64,000 nt of DNA from Candidatus Omnitrophota bacterium (GTDB lineage: Bacteria > Omnitrophota > Gorgyraeia > Zapsychrales > JBAZNR01). Both the position numbers and the translations under genes were made by a program. Positions 37,207-46,970 of this stretch are shown here, piece after piece; positions within the stretch are counted from its first letter, which is position 1, and the number at the start of each line of letters is the position of its first letter. The stretch lies in the NCBI GenBank assembly GCA_041649175.1, contig JBAZNR010000001.1, positions 719,497 to 783,496 on the forward strand, in the 5' to 3' direction. The notes under the pieces are model-generated. The model did no database searches, was not told the DNA's origin, and was given only the letters and a program-made list of their open reading frames with translations.

Positions 37207-38301
37207 TTATTTAAAAAAGCGGATGGGGATACGATTGTCCCGGCCGATGGTTTCGCTTTCTTGGAACAACTGCAAAAATGACTGCAAAATGATCGCGCGG
37301 TATTGATCTCTGATGCGCAGCTTGGAAATAATGATCTTTGATTTTTCCAAAAGGGAATTTATTTTTAATAAACTGTAACGCAGGCTTTTTGATTCCATCA
37401 GGATCTTTCTGATCGCGATGAGGTCTCGATAGGATTTCTTTTCTTTCGTGAAATGCTGCATAAATTCCTTTTTCTGACGGCGGTTCATTTTCCGGTAAGC
37501 ATGGCAGACGAGAATTGTTTTCTTCGACTCGGCGATGTCGCTTAGAATAGATTTGCCGATATTTTTCTGAGATCCGAAGATCCCTAAAATATCATCTTGG
37601 ATCTGGAATGCCTGTCCGATCATCAGGCCAAGCTGGGAAAGTTTCCGGATGTCGTTACGGCCGGCGCCGGCAAGAATAGCGCCGACAACCATCGGGCATT
37701 CAAAAGTATAGCGGGCCGTCTTAAGGGAATAATTCAAAAATACATCTTTTTCCGATATCTTTTTGATGTGATTGACTCCATGCAAGATGTCGATGAATTC
37801 TCCCATGGCCGTAAAGGCGGCTGTTTTAATAAAATATTTTAAGGCTTCTTCTTTGCGGTAAGGTTTTTCGTTAATGGATAAAAAGGCATCGATCGCCAAA
37901 GCGTACAAAATATCGCCGGCGACAATGCTAAGATCGTAGCCCAGTTTTTCCCTGTCTTGTGTTTTGGCTGCTTTGCTGAGAAGTTTATGCATGGTGGGTT
38001 TGCCGCGCCTTAGATCTGAGCGGTCAATAATATCATCGTGAATGAGCATGAAGTTGTGCAAAAGTTCCATGCAGGTGGAGGCATTGTAAAGGCTTTGCGG
38101 GGGATTGGTATTTTTCTTGCTGTAGCCTTTGTAACTTAAAATGAGAAGCAATGGCCGTATCCTTTTTCCTTTGCGCAAAGTGAAGTCTTTGAGGCTTTCA
38201 AAAAGGATGGGGTGGACTAAGTGGAGCTTGTATTCTTGGCGAATTTCCTTAAGGAAATTCGCCAAGCTTTTGTCGATTTGTTTTTTTAATGCCGTAATCA
38301 T
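37207..38301 (-). CDS. trans-polyprenyl diphosphate synthase (IspB/IspA family)
   Basis: First and second Asp-rich motifs LIHDDIIDRSDLRRG and QIQDDILG. The start was set at ATG 38301, which has an AGGAG Shine-Dalgarno; the track ORF extends to a TTG at 38394. Confidence 0.75.
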   Translation of the reverse strand: MITALKKQIDKSLANFLKEIRQEYKLHLVHPILFESLKDFTLRKGKRIRPLLLILSYKGYSKKNTNPPQSLYNASTCMELLHNFMLIHDDIIDRSDLRRGKPTMHKLLSKAAKTQDREKLGYDLSIVAGDILYALAIDAFLSINEKPYRKEEALKYFIKTAAFTAMGEFIDILHGVNHIKKISEKDVFLNYSLKTARYTFECPMVVGAILAGAGRNDIRKLSQLGLMIGQAFQIQDDILGIFGSQKNIGKSILSDIAESKKTILVCHAYRKMNRRQKKEFMQHFTKEKKSYRDLIAIRKILMESKSLRYSLLKINSLLEKSKIIISKLRIRDQYRAIILQSFLQLFQESETIGRDNRIPIRFFK

Positions 38302-38476
38302 GGCTCCTATGGTAACACACGGTCTTTCGGCGTTCAACCGAAAGATTTTATGCCTTGGCGCGCAAAGCTGTTTCGTCGGGAAAAGGAAAACCAAGGCTTT
38401 AAAACTTTTCCATTTTGTTTGACCGCTTTTAAGAAAAAGACTACAATAAGGCAGTCTTGTAAAAGGAACTAACCCT

Positions 38477-39058
38477 ATGCTTAAAAAAACCAGTTTGATC
38501 TTATTTTTTTCCTTTCTTATTTGCCTGCCTTCTTTTGCCGAAACGATCTATCTTAAAAACGGCAAAACGATCAACGGAAAGATCACCGAGAAAACAAATA
38601 CTCAAGTTAAAATCAATGTTAATGGCATTGGCATTACATATTACGCGGATGAGATTGAACGCATTGACGGCGGTGTTAGCTTTGCTCCGCTAGTAAAGCC
38701 TGTACCTTCTTCTTCGCCATCGCCGGCGAATAAAAGAGGCCTTATTTTAAGCCTGATCGATTCCAGCGGCGCCAGAGAAAATATGAATACCCTGTACGCA
38801 AAGATGTTGTCGCAAGGCTCCGCGCAAGAAACACAAAAACTACGCGAGGCGATTAAGGTTGACGATATTATTGAGCGCTTGGTCCCCGTTTATGATAAGT
38901 ATTTTACCGAAGATGAACTAAAGGGGTTGATCGCTTTTTATCAAAGCCCGCTCGGTAAAAAATTGTTAAGAACAACTCCCATGATCATGCAAGACGGCAT
39001 GGCTGCTATGGGGGCGTACTTGCAAGAGAACTTATCTATGCCGGACGTTCAACAATGA
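38477..39058 (+). CDS. secreted DUF2059-domain protein
   Basis: Signal peptide and a C-terminal DUF2059-like region (FYQSPLGKKLL). Confidence 0.5.
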   Translation: MLKKTSLILFFSFLICLPSFAETIYLKNGKTINGKITEKTNTQVKINVNGIGITYYADEIERIDGGVSFAPLVKPVPSSSPSPANKRGLILSLIDSSGARENMNTLYAKMLSQGSAQETQKLREAIKVDDIIERLVPVYDKYFTEDELKGLIAFYQSPLGKKLLRTTPMIMQDGMAAMGAYLQENLSMPDVQQ

Positions 39059-39086
39059 TCTTGGCTCATGATCAGAGGATTTTATT

Positions 39087-40319
39087 TTGACGCGCATTAT
39101 TCGTAAAAGGAAAATTGTTCTCGCCGAAGGCGAACTTGTGATCGCCGAGATCCTGCCGCAGCTTTTAAAACCCATAGGCTATGAAGTGATCACTGCCTCC
39201 GACGGAGAATCCGCGCTTGTAACGATCAAGCGGGAGCTTCCCGATCTCATTATTATTGATAGCGACCTGGACAAAATAGATGGGTTTGCTTTATGCAAGA
39301 TATTGAAAAGCGATTTTATCACCTCTTATGTGCCCATCATTATCCTTATTGAAAAAAGGCAGATCCGTAAAAGGCTTTTAGAGATCCAAGAAGGCGTTGA
39401 CGATTACATTATTAAACCGCCTGATCCCATCGACCTTCAGGTCCGCTTAGAAATGGCGCTACGGCGTACCGCGCATCAAGTTCACGCGAATTCTTTGACG
39501 CGTTTGCCCGGTAATCGCGCTATTGAAAGCGCCAGCCGAAATCGCATTGACAAAGAAGAACCATTTTCTTTTCTCTATTTAGATATTGACCAATTCAAAT
39601 CGTTCAATGATACCTACGGGTATTTACGCGGTGACGGCGTTATTATGCAAACCGCGCGGATCTTAACGGATAGCGTTCGCAAACACGGCAACAAAGATGA
39701 TTTTGTGGGGCACGTGGGCGGAGATGATTTTGTGATCATCACAACGCCGCAAAAAGAAAGTATTTTAGCGAAAGATATTATCCGCCAATTTGACCGGCTG
39801 ATCCCGCTTCATTACAGTACGGAAGATAGAACAATAGGTTATTTATCCGTTAAAGACCGTCAGGACAAAGATATTAAAGCGCCCCTGATGGGAATTTCCA
39901 TCGCGGTGGTTAACAATAAATTGCGGAAAATAAAGAATGTATTAGAGTTAACAGAAATAGCTTTTGAGATCAAAAAACATATTAAAACAATTAAGGGAAG
40001 CAAATTCCTTGTTAATCGCAGAGCCAGCGGGTCGGAAAATCTATCTAAAAATTACGGTTCCGATGAAGAAGGTTCTCACGTTCGCGCCCTGCAAGACAGC
40101 AAGGAAGCTCTTCCTATCGGGCAACTTTTGCTTAAGGCAAAACTGATCACGGAAGAGCAGCTTACAGAAGCTTTATTTGAACATTGGTCCTCGCGCGAGC
40201 TTCTCGGGCAGACACTGATCAAGATGGGGCTCATCAGCGACGAGGATTTGGAGCCGTTTCTTCGCGAGTATCGAAAAAATATGCAAGCAGCTTACCCGAG
40301 CGATCCTTCCGCAAAATAA
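39087..40319 (+). CDS. response regulator: receiver + GGDEF-family domain (variant GGDDF, no RxxD I-site) + C-terminal T2SS-E N-terminal (MshEN-like) domain
   Basis: REC (LIIIDSDLDKIDG), GGDEF fold (LDIDQFKSFNDTYGYLRGD...VGGDDFVII). C-terminal PIGQLLLKAKLITEEQL...LLGQTLIKMGLISDEDL repeats are typical of GSPII_E_N/MshEN. TTG start. Confidence 0.7.
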   Translation: MTRIIRKRKIVLAEGELVIAEILPQLLKPIGYEVITASDGESALVTIKRELPDLIIIDSDLDKIDGFALCKILKSDFITSYVPIIILIEKRQIRKRLLEIQEGVDDYIIKPPDPIDLQVRLEMALRRTAHQVHANSLTRLPGNRAIESASRNRIDKEEPFSFLYLDIDQFKSFNDTYGYLRGDGVIMQTARILTDSVRKHGNKDDFVGHVGGDDFVIITTPQKESILAKDIIRQFDRLIPLHYSTEDRTIGYLSVKDRQDKDIKAPLMGISIAVVNNKLRKIKNVLELTEIAFEIKKHIKTIKGSKFLVNRRASGSENLSKNYGSDEEGSHVRALQDSKEALPIGQLLLKAKLITEEQLTEALFEHWSSRELLGQTLIKMGLISDEDLEPFLREYRKNMQAAYPSDPSAK

Positions 40320-40392
40320 TCCGTAAAATATTTGGTATCAATAGGTTATGTTCTTTCTCGTCGAGAACAGTAAATTTATTTTTTATTTTTAT

Positions 40393-40421
40393 TTGACCTT
40401 CCTAAGTGTTTCTGCTATAGT
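40393..40421 (+). promoter_or_regulatory. putative sigma70 promoter of pur operon (TTGACC-17-TATAGT)
   Basis: -35 and -10 hexamers with a 17-nt spacer, 50 nt upstream of purB. Confidence 0.4.
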
Positions 40422-40473
40422 ATCTGAGTTTTCAAACCAACCAAATTGAAGAGAATAAAGGAGTGAAGGGCAT

Positions 40474-41766
40474 ATGATCGAGCGCTATACGTTATCCAAA
40501 ATGGGTAATATTTGGTCCGACAAGCATAAAATGGATATTATGCTTAAAATTGAAATACTTACTTGCGAAGCAATGACAAAATTAGGAGTTATTCCGAAGG
40601 CCGCCATGGAGAAGATCAGAAAAAAGGCGGCCTTTGATGTTGAAGAGGTTAAAAGGATCGAAGAGAAGACAAAACACGACGTTGTCGCGTTTATCGTGAG
40701 CATTGGCAACAACTTAGGGCCCGAATCAAAATATCTTCACATGGGCTTAACTTCCTCAGATCTCCTCGATACAGCGCTTTCCGTTCAATGCGTTGACGCT
40801 AGCGATATTCTGATCGCTGATGTCAAAAGATTATTAGTCGTTCTGAAAGAAAAAGCCAAGAAATATAAAGATACCGTTTGTATTGCCCGTACCCACGGCG
40901 TTCACGCCGAACCGACAACATTCGGTTTGAAATTAGCAGTCTGGTACGATGAAATGCAGCGTAATCTTATACGTCTTGAACAGGCTCGGGAGAATATGCG
41001 CATCGGAAAACTTTCCGGCGCGGTCGGTACTTATGCCAACATTGATCCCTTTGTGGAAGAATATGTTTGCGAAAAATTAGGGCTTAAGCCAGCTAATGTT
41101 GCCACGCAAGTTATTCAGCGTGATCATCATTGTCAGTTTCTTGTCACGCTAGCTTTAGTGGGTTCTTCTCTTAATAAGTTCGCTACCGAAATACGGCTTT
41201 TGCAAAAGACAGAAGTTTTGGAAGTTGAAGAACCATTTTTTAAAGGACAGATCGGTTCTTCTGCCATGCCTCATAAACGTAATCCGGTGACGTGCGAACG
41301 GATCTCCGGCTTATCCAGGCTTTTACGCGCCAATGCTCAAGCGGCTTTTGAAAATATCAGCCTTTGGCATGAACGTGATATCAGTCATTCTTCCGCCGAG
41401 CGCGTGATTCTCCCCGATAGCACCATCACCTTAGATTATATGCTCAATAAATTTATTCCTATTCTGGAAGGTTTATTGGTTTATCCGAAAAATATGATTG
41501 CGAGCCTCGCCAAAACACGCGGCCTTATTTATTCCCAGCGTATTTTGCTGGAGTTGATGAAAAAAGGCCTCACACGTGATGAAGCGTATAACATTATTCA
41601 ACAATGCGCTATGCAGGTGTGGCAGGAAACTTCGGATTTTCGTGATGTTCTCTATCGCGACCGAAAGGTGAGAAAATATTTAACAACCGGCGATATCGAT
41701 AAGTGTTTCGATATTAAATACTATATTCGTCATCGTGATCTGATCTTTAAAAGGGCAGGACTATAA
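40474..41766 (+). CDS. purB: adenylosuccinate lyase
   Basis: Fumarate lyase signature GSSAMPHKRNP. 430 aa. Confidence 0.9.
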   Translation: MIERYTLSKMGNIWSDKHKMDIMLKIEILTCEAMTKLGVIPKAAMEKIRKKAAFDVEEVKRIEEKTKHDVVAFIVSIGNNLGPESKYLHMGLTSSDLLDTALSVQCVDASDILIADVKRLLVVLKEKAKKYKDTVCIARTHGVHAEPTTFGLKLAVWYDEMQRNLIRLEQARENMRIGKLSGAVGTYANIDPFVEEYVCEKLGLKPANVATQVIQRDHHCQFLVTLALVGSSLNKFATEIRLLQKTEVLEVEEPFFKGQIGSSAMPHKRNPVTCERISGLSRLLRANAQAAFENISLWHERDISHSSAERVILPDSTITLDYMLNKFIPILEGLLVYPKNMIASLAKTRGLIYSQRILLELMKKGLTRDEAYNIIQQCAMQVWQETSDFRDVLYRDRKVRKYLTTGDIDKCFDIKYYIRHRDLIFKRAGL

Positions 41767-41796
41767 TAATAACAATCATATCTTGAGGGATTGATT

Positions 41797-42501
41797 ATGG
41801 ATAAAAAAGCAAAGATTTACGAAGGGAAAGCCAAGATCCTTTATGAAACAGATGCTCCCGATCAACTCATTCAGTATTTTAAGGATGATGCCACCGCGTT
41901 TAACGCGGCTAAAAAAGGGACCATCCAAGATAAAGGAATTGTAAATAATAAGATCTCAACAAAAATCTTTGAATATCTGCAATCAAACGGCATCCCGACG
42001 CACTTTATTAAGTTCTTAAACGATCGGGAAATGCTGGTTAAAAGAGTCAAGATCGTTCCTCTGGAGGTTATTGTCCGTAATGTTGCGGCGGGGTCTTTAT
42101 CTCGGTTATTGAATATTAAAGAAGGGACCGTCCTTAAATGTCCGGTTTTGGAATTCTGTTATAAAGAAGACAGCCTGGGCGATCCGCTCATTAATGAATA
42201 TCATGTTTTAGCCTTAGGGTACGCTACACAAGAAGAAGTGGACGCCATTAAGAATTATACGTTTAAGATCAATGAGCTGATGAAGAAATTTTTTGATTCC
42301 ATGGGCATTGATCTGGTGGATTTTAAACTGGAATTCGGCCGATATCAGGGGAACATTATCCTCGCCGATGAAATTTCACCCGACACCTGCCGGCTTTGGG
42401 AAAAAGGCACGGGACGCAAGATGGACAAAGACCGTTTCCGTCGGGATCTAGGCAATATTGAAGAAGCCTACCAGGAAGTTTTAAGCCGAGTAACAAAATA
42501 A
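41797..42501 (+). CDS. purC: SAICAR synthetase
   Basis: PurC family. Start at ATG 41797 with a GAGGGA Shine-Dalgarno. Confidence 0.9.
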   Translation: MDKKAKIYEGKAKILYETDAPDQLIQYFKDDATAFNAAKKGTIQDKGIVNNKISTKIFEYLQSNGIPTHFIKFLNDREMLVKRVKIVPLEVIVRNVAAGSLSRLLNIKEGTVLKCPVLEFCYKEDSLGDPLINEYHVLALGYATQEEVDAIKNYTFKINELMKKFFDSMGIDLVDFKLEFGRYQGNIILADEISPDTCRLWEKGTGRKMDKDRFRRDLGNIEEAYQEVLSRVTK

Positions 42502-42558
42502 TTTCTAGAAGGCAAGCAGTCCGCAAGTCTCTCGAATAATCTTTAACATTTCTATCCT

Positions 42559-45492
42559 ATGATTTGGCGTGTTGAGATCAAAGATAAAAAGGGTATTTTT
42601 GACGCTATCGGTGACGGCACGCAAAAAGATATCCTCGATTTAGGCATTCGTTCGGTTAAAAAAGTTTCCTTTGTCCAGGTGTATCTGATCGAAGGCAACT
42701 GTTCTGAAAGCAACGCTAAAACAATTTGTGAAGAACTGCTGGTTGACCGCATCATCCAAGATTATTCTCTCCAAGATTCTGCAAAAACGACTACCTTACG
42801 CAATAGTAAAGATCTTAAAGTTATTGAGATCGCGCATAACGTGGGTGTTATGGATCCCGTGGAAGCTTCAACGCTAAAAGGTATTGCGGATTTAGGGATT
42901 GCAGGTATTGCCTCCGTTCGTACGGCTAAAAAATATATTCTTACCGGAAAAGTTTCTTCTAAAGAATCAGATGTTATTGTTAATAAAATTTTATGCAATA
43001 AACTGATCCAACATGTTGTTAAAGATCAACATTTTAAAGGTGGCTCCCCACCCAAAGCCGCTATTTTAGGCCAATCGTTTAAGTTGATCGTTGTTGACAT
43101 TCTTGGTGCCGACGATAAAAAGCTTCTCGCTTTAAGTCAACAGGGGCAACTTTTCCTTAATTTAAACGAGATGAAAACGATCCAGGATTATTTTAAGAAT
43201 TTGGGAAGAAATCCAACGGATTGTGAGCTGGAAACCATTGCCCAAACCTGGAGCGAGCACTGCGGCCATAAAACTTTTCGCGGCAATATTGAATACACTT
43301 GTCAGGAAGACGGTAAAACGCAAAAAACCTTGATCCAAAGCCTTTTAAAAACAACCATTGTTAAAGCCACCAAAGAGATCAATAAATCCTGGTGTGTTTC
43401 GGTCTTTCACGACAATGCCGGGGTTATTAAATTTGACGATGAGGATTGTGTGTGTTTTAAGGTAGAAACGCATAACCATCCTTCGGCGCTTGAACCTTTC
43501 GGCGGAGCCAATACGGGCGTGGGCGGCGTCATCCGGGACATTTTAGGGACAGGTTTAGGCGCAAAACCTATTTGTAACACTGATGTCTTTTGTTTTGCGC
43601 CTCCGGATCTCCCCTTTAATAGACTTCCCGAAGGAACGCTTCATCCGAAACGGATCATGAAAGGGGTTGTTAGCGGTGTTCGCGACTACGGAAACAAAAT
43701 GGGAATTCCGACGGTCAACGGCGCTATTTTGTTTGACGAACATTTTGTTGGTAATCCGCTTGTTTATTGCGGAACGGTCGGCATTATGCCAAACGATAAA
43801 GTTAAAAAACAAACTCTTGTAGGCGATCTGGTCGTGGTGGCTGGTGGGCGTACCGGGCGCGACGGAATCCACGGCGCGACATTTTCTTCCGGTGAACTTA
43901 CGCATGAATCGGAAGTTGTTTCGTCGGGGGCTGTCCAGATCGGCAATCCTATTGAAGAAAAGAAAGTTTTAGACGCTCTTTTAAAAGCGCGCGACAAAAA
44001 CCTCTATTCCGCTATTACCGATTGCGGAGCCGGCGGGTTATCAAGCGCGGGCGGAGAAATGGGAAAAGATTTAGGATGTCGCATTGATCTCGAAAAAGTT
44101 CCGCTTAAATACGAAGGGCTTTCTTATACCGAAATTTGGATCTCAGAATCGCAAGAACGCATGGTTTTATCTGTCCCCAAAGAAAATATCGAAGAGCTTT
44201 TAAAAACATTTGAAGATGAGAACGCTCAGGCAACGGTGATCGGCGAATTTACCGACACCAAACGTTTGGAATTATTTTATAACAGTTGCCAAGTCTGTTC
44301 TTTGGATATGGAATTCCTGCATGATGGCTTGCCCAATATTACCAAGAAAGCTCATTGGGCTAAGCCGAAGATCAAAGAACCGGATTTTAAATGCCCAAAA
44401 AGCTTGACCGATAAACTCGTCGAAGTTATTTCTCACTATAATGTTTGTTCGAAAGAGTGGGTCATTCGCCAATACGATCATGAGGTTCAGGGAATGAGCA
44501 TTATCAAGCCTTTGGTGGGTGTTTGTGATGACGGCCCGTCGGATGCGAGTGTTCTTCGCCCCAAACTTCATTCGCAAAAAGGTATCGCGGTCTCCAACGG
44601 TATTAATGTTCGTTTTGGCGCAATTGACCCGTTTTGGATGGCAGCGTCTTGCATTGATGAAGCTGTGCGGCAGATCATTTCCGTCGGAGGTTCTTTAGAA
44701 AAAATCGCTATTTTGGATAATTTCTGTTGGGGAAATCCCGACAAACCTGACCGGTTAGGCGGCTTGGTGCGCGCGGCGCAGGGCTGCTATTTTGCTTCTG
44801 TCGGTTACAAGGTTCCATTTATTTCCGGAAAAGACAGCCTTTATAATGAATACACCGACAAAGGAAAACCGTTAGCCATTCCGGGCACCATCCTTATTTC
44901 AGCCATCGGGATCGTGGAGGATGTTTCTAGAACCGTTACCATGGACTTCAAGGATTCCGGAAACCTTATTTATGTTTTAGGCGAAACGTATGATGAGCTG
45001 GGTGGCTCTATTTATTTAGACACATTTGATTCTCTAGGAAGCAGTGTTCCGAAAGTTGATACGCAAAAGGGAACAAAAGTTTTTGAAGCACTTTCTCGAG
45101 CGATCCAAAAGGGACTGGTAAGATCGTCGCACGATTGTTCCGAAGGCGGGCTTGGCGTTGCTATTTCGGAAATGGCGTTTGCCGGTGGGCTTGGTGCGAG
45201 CATATTTCTAAAGGACGTTCCTTTTAAGGCCAGAGACCAAAGACTAAAGACTAAAGGCAATATGAGAAATGATTTTATTTTGTTCTCCGAATCTAACTCG
45301 CGTTTTGTCGTTGAGGTTGCCAAAAACGATCAGAAAGATTTTGAAAAATGCTTAAAAGAAATTCCGTTCGGCCTGATCGGCTGCACCGATAATAAAAAGG
45401 TCTTAACGGTTTATGGGCTTAATAATGATATTTGTGTCAAAGTAGACGTTGATTTTCTTAAACAATCCTGGCAGAAGAAGCTAAAGTGGTAG
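42559..45492 (+). CDS. purL: FGAM synthase II PurL with two N-terminal PurS-like repeats fused
   Basis: PurL AIRS-like domains. The N-terminal ~160 aa form two PurS-like units. Confidence 0.85.
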   Translation: MIWRVEIKDKKGIFDAIGDGTQKDILDLGIRSVKKVSFVQVYLIEGNCSESNAKTICEELLVDRIIQDYSLQDSAKTTTLRNSKDLKVIEIAHNVGVMDPVEASTLKGIADLGIAGIASVRTAKKYILTGKVSSKESDVIVNKILCNKLIQHVVKDQHFKGGSPPKAAILGQSFKLIVVDILGADDKKLLALSQQGQLFLNLNEMKTIQDYFKNLGRNPTDCELETIAQTWSEHCGHKTFRGNIEYTCQEDGKTQKTLIQSLLKTTIVKATKEINKSWCVSVFHDNAGVIKFDDEDCVCFKVETHNHPSALEPFGGANTGVGGVIRDILGTGLGAKPICNTDVFCFAPPDLPFNRLPEGTLHPKRIMKGVVSGVRDYGNKMGIPTVNGAILFDEHFVGNPLVYCGTVGIMPNDKVKKQTLVGDLVVVAGGRTGRDGIHGATFSSGELTHESEVVSSGAVQIGNPIEEKKVLDALLKARDKNLYSAITDCGAGGLSSAGGEMGKDLGCRIDLEKVPLKYEGLSYTEIWISESQERMVLSVPKENIEELLKTFEDENAQATVIGEFTDTKRLELFYNSCQVCSLDMEFLHDGLPNITKKAHWAKPKIKEPDFKCPKSLTDKLVEVISHYNVCSKEWVIRQYDHEVQGMSIIKPLVGVCDDGPSDASVLRPKLHSQKGIAVSNGINVRFGAIDPFWMAASCIDEAVRQIISVGGSLEKIAILDNFCWGNPDKPDRLGGLVRAAQGCYFASVGYKVPFISGKDSLYNEYTDKGKPLAIPGTILISAIGIVEDVSRTVTMDFKDSGNLIYVLGETYDELGGSIYLDTFDSLGSSVPKVDTQKGTKVFEALSRAIQKGLVRSSHDCSEGGLGVAISEMAFAGGLGASIFLKDVPFKARDQRLKTKGNMRNDFILFSESNSRFVVEVAKNDQKDFEKCLKEIPFGLIGCTDNKKVLTVYGLNNDICVKVDVDFLKQSWQKKLKW

Positions 45493-45504
45493 AAAGGACG
45501 CCTT

Positions 45505-46188
45505 ATGCAAAATCGTAGAAAAGCGAAAAATGAATTGAGCAACATGGAAGACCCCTGGAGAGTGTTTCGCATTATGGCGGAATTTGTGGACGGATTTGAC
45601 ATGCTTTCTACCGTCGGGCCGGCGGTCACTTTATTCGGTTCCGCGCGCCTTAAGCCGGAAAACCCTATGTATAAATTAGCCGAAAAAACAGCCTATCTTT
45701 TGGCCAAAGAAGGTTACGCCGTGATTACCGGCGGCGGGCCGGGCATCATGGAAGCCGGAAACCGCGGCGCCAGCCGAGCCAACGGCAATTCTGTGGGCTT
45801 AAACATCGAACTTCCGTTTGAGCAAGTTCCTAACCCATTTATCAAAACCTTGGTCAGTTTTCATTATTTCTTTTGCCGAAAAGTTATGTTTTTAAAATAT
45901 GCTTCAGCGTTCGTTATTTTTCCAGGAGGTTACGGAACCTTAGATGAATTTACCGAAAGCATTACGTTGATCCAAACCAAGCGCATGGAAGGTTTTCCGG
46001 TCATTGTCGTCGGAAAGAAATACTGGAAAGGCCTTTTAGATTGGTTGGAAGATACGGTCGTCAAAGAGGGTTGCATCAATAAGGAAGACTTGGATATTTT
46101 TCAGGTTGCGGATAAACCGGAAGAGATCGTTGATATCATAAAGAAGTTCTATAAAAATAAGAAAAATGCCCACCTTAAAAAAATCTAA
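45505..46188 (+). CDS. LOG-family protein (TIGR00730; nucleotide 5'-monophosphate nucleosidase / cytokinin riboside phosphoribohydrolase-like)
   Basis: GGGPGIMEA and PGGYGTLDEF LOG motifs. Embedded between purL and purQ. Confidence 0.8.
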   Translation: MQNRRKAKNELSNMEDPWRVFRIMAEFVDGFDMLSTVGPAVTLFGSARLKPENPMYKLAEKTAYLLAKEGYAVITGGGPGIMEAGNRGASRANGNSVGLNIELPFEQVPNPFIKTLVSFHYFFCRKVMFLKYASAFVIFPGGYGTLDEFTESITLIQTKRMEGFPVIVVGKKYWKGLLDWLEDTVVKEGCINKEDLDIFQVADKPEEIVDIIKKFYKNKKNAHLKKI

Positions 46189-46960
46189 AGTCCTCATTTT
46201 GCGAAGCGCCGGGACGAACTGCGATCAGGAAACCGGTTTTGCCTTTAAAAGTGTCGGAGCCGATGTAGAATTTGTCCACATCAATAAGCTTTCTTCCGGC
46301 GATCGAAGCCTAAATGATTATCACATTTTGGCTTTACCTGGCGGATTTTCCTACGGTGATGATATCGCGGCGGGAAGGATCTTCGCCAATGAATTACGTT
46401 TAAAGCTTGGAGACGATCTGCGCCGTTTTATCTCTGATGGCAAGCTGATCATCGGAATCTGTAACGGCTTTCAGATCTTAGTCAAAGCCGGGCTTTTGCC
46501 TGGCGAAAGCAATTTCAAGCAAACGGCAACGTTGATGCTTAATACGTCGGCGAAATTTGAAGACCGCTGGGTTTGTTTAAAACCGGAAGGCAAATCGGTT
46601 TGGACTAAGGGGATGAACGGAGTAATTGAACTTCCTGTTGCGCACGGCGAAGGAAAATTTATTGTGCAAAATGACTCCCTGTTAAAAACTTTAAAGAAAA
46701 ATCATCAGATCATTTTTCGCTATTGCGATGAATCAGGAAAAAAGCCAAAATATCCGCAAAATCCTAATGGTTCCTTGGAAGACATTGCCGGCATTACCGA
46801 TATAACGGGACGGATCTTAGGATTGATGCCGCATCCCGAGAGACATTTTTTTGTAACCCAACATCCTAACTGGACGCGCGAGAAAAGAAAATCTAAATTC
46901 GGAGATGGGGCGCAAATCTTCCAAAATGGGGTCGATTACGTAAAAAAGAATTTACTATAA
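46166..46960 (+). CDS. purQ: FGAM synthase I, glutaminase subunit
   Basis: Class I glutamine amidotransferase with catalytic Cys (GICNGFQ) and HPE. Confidence 0.85.
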   Translation: MPTLKKSKVLILRSAGTNCDQETGFAFKSVGADVEFVHINKLSSGDRSLNDYHILALPGGFSYGDDIAAGRIFANELRLKLGDDLRRFISDGKLIIGICNGFQILVKAGLLPGESNFKQTATLMLNTSAKFEDRWVCLKPEGKSVWTKGMNGVIELPVAHGEGKFIVQNDSLLKTLKKNHQIIFRYCDESGKKPKYPQNPNGSLEDIAGITDITGRILGLMPHPERHFFVTQHPNWTREKRKSKFGDGAQIFQNGVDYVKKNLL

Positions 46961-46970
46961 GCGAGAAAAT

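Noticed and set aside
37207-38394. Longer 395-aa version of the polyprenyl synthase starting at TTG 38394
   Set aside because: The extra 31 residues have no counterpart in IspA/IspB proteins. An ATG with an AGGAG Shine-Dalgarno at 38301 gives a typical length.
40184-40396. 70-aa ORF overlapping the end of the GGDEF gene and the pur promoter region
   Set aside because: It is in an alternative frame of a supported gene and runs through a predicted promoter. No coding signal.
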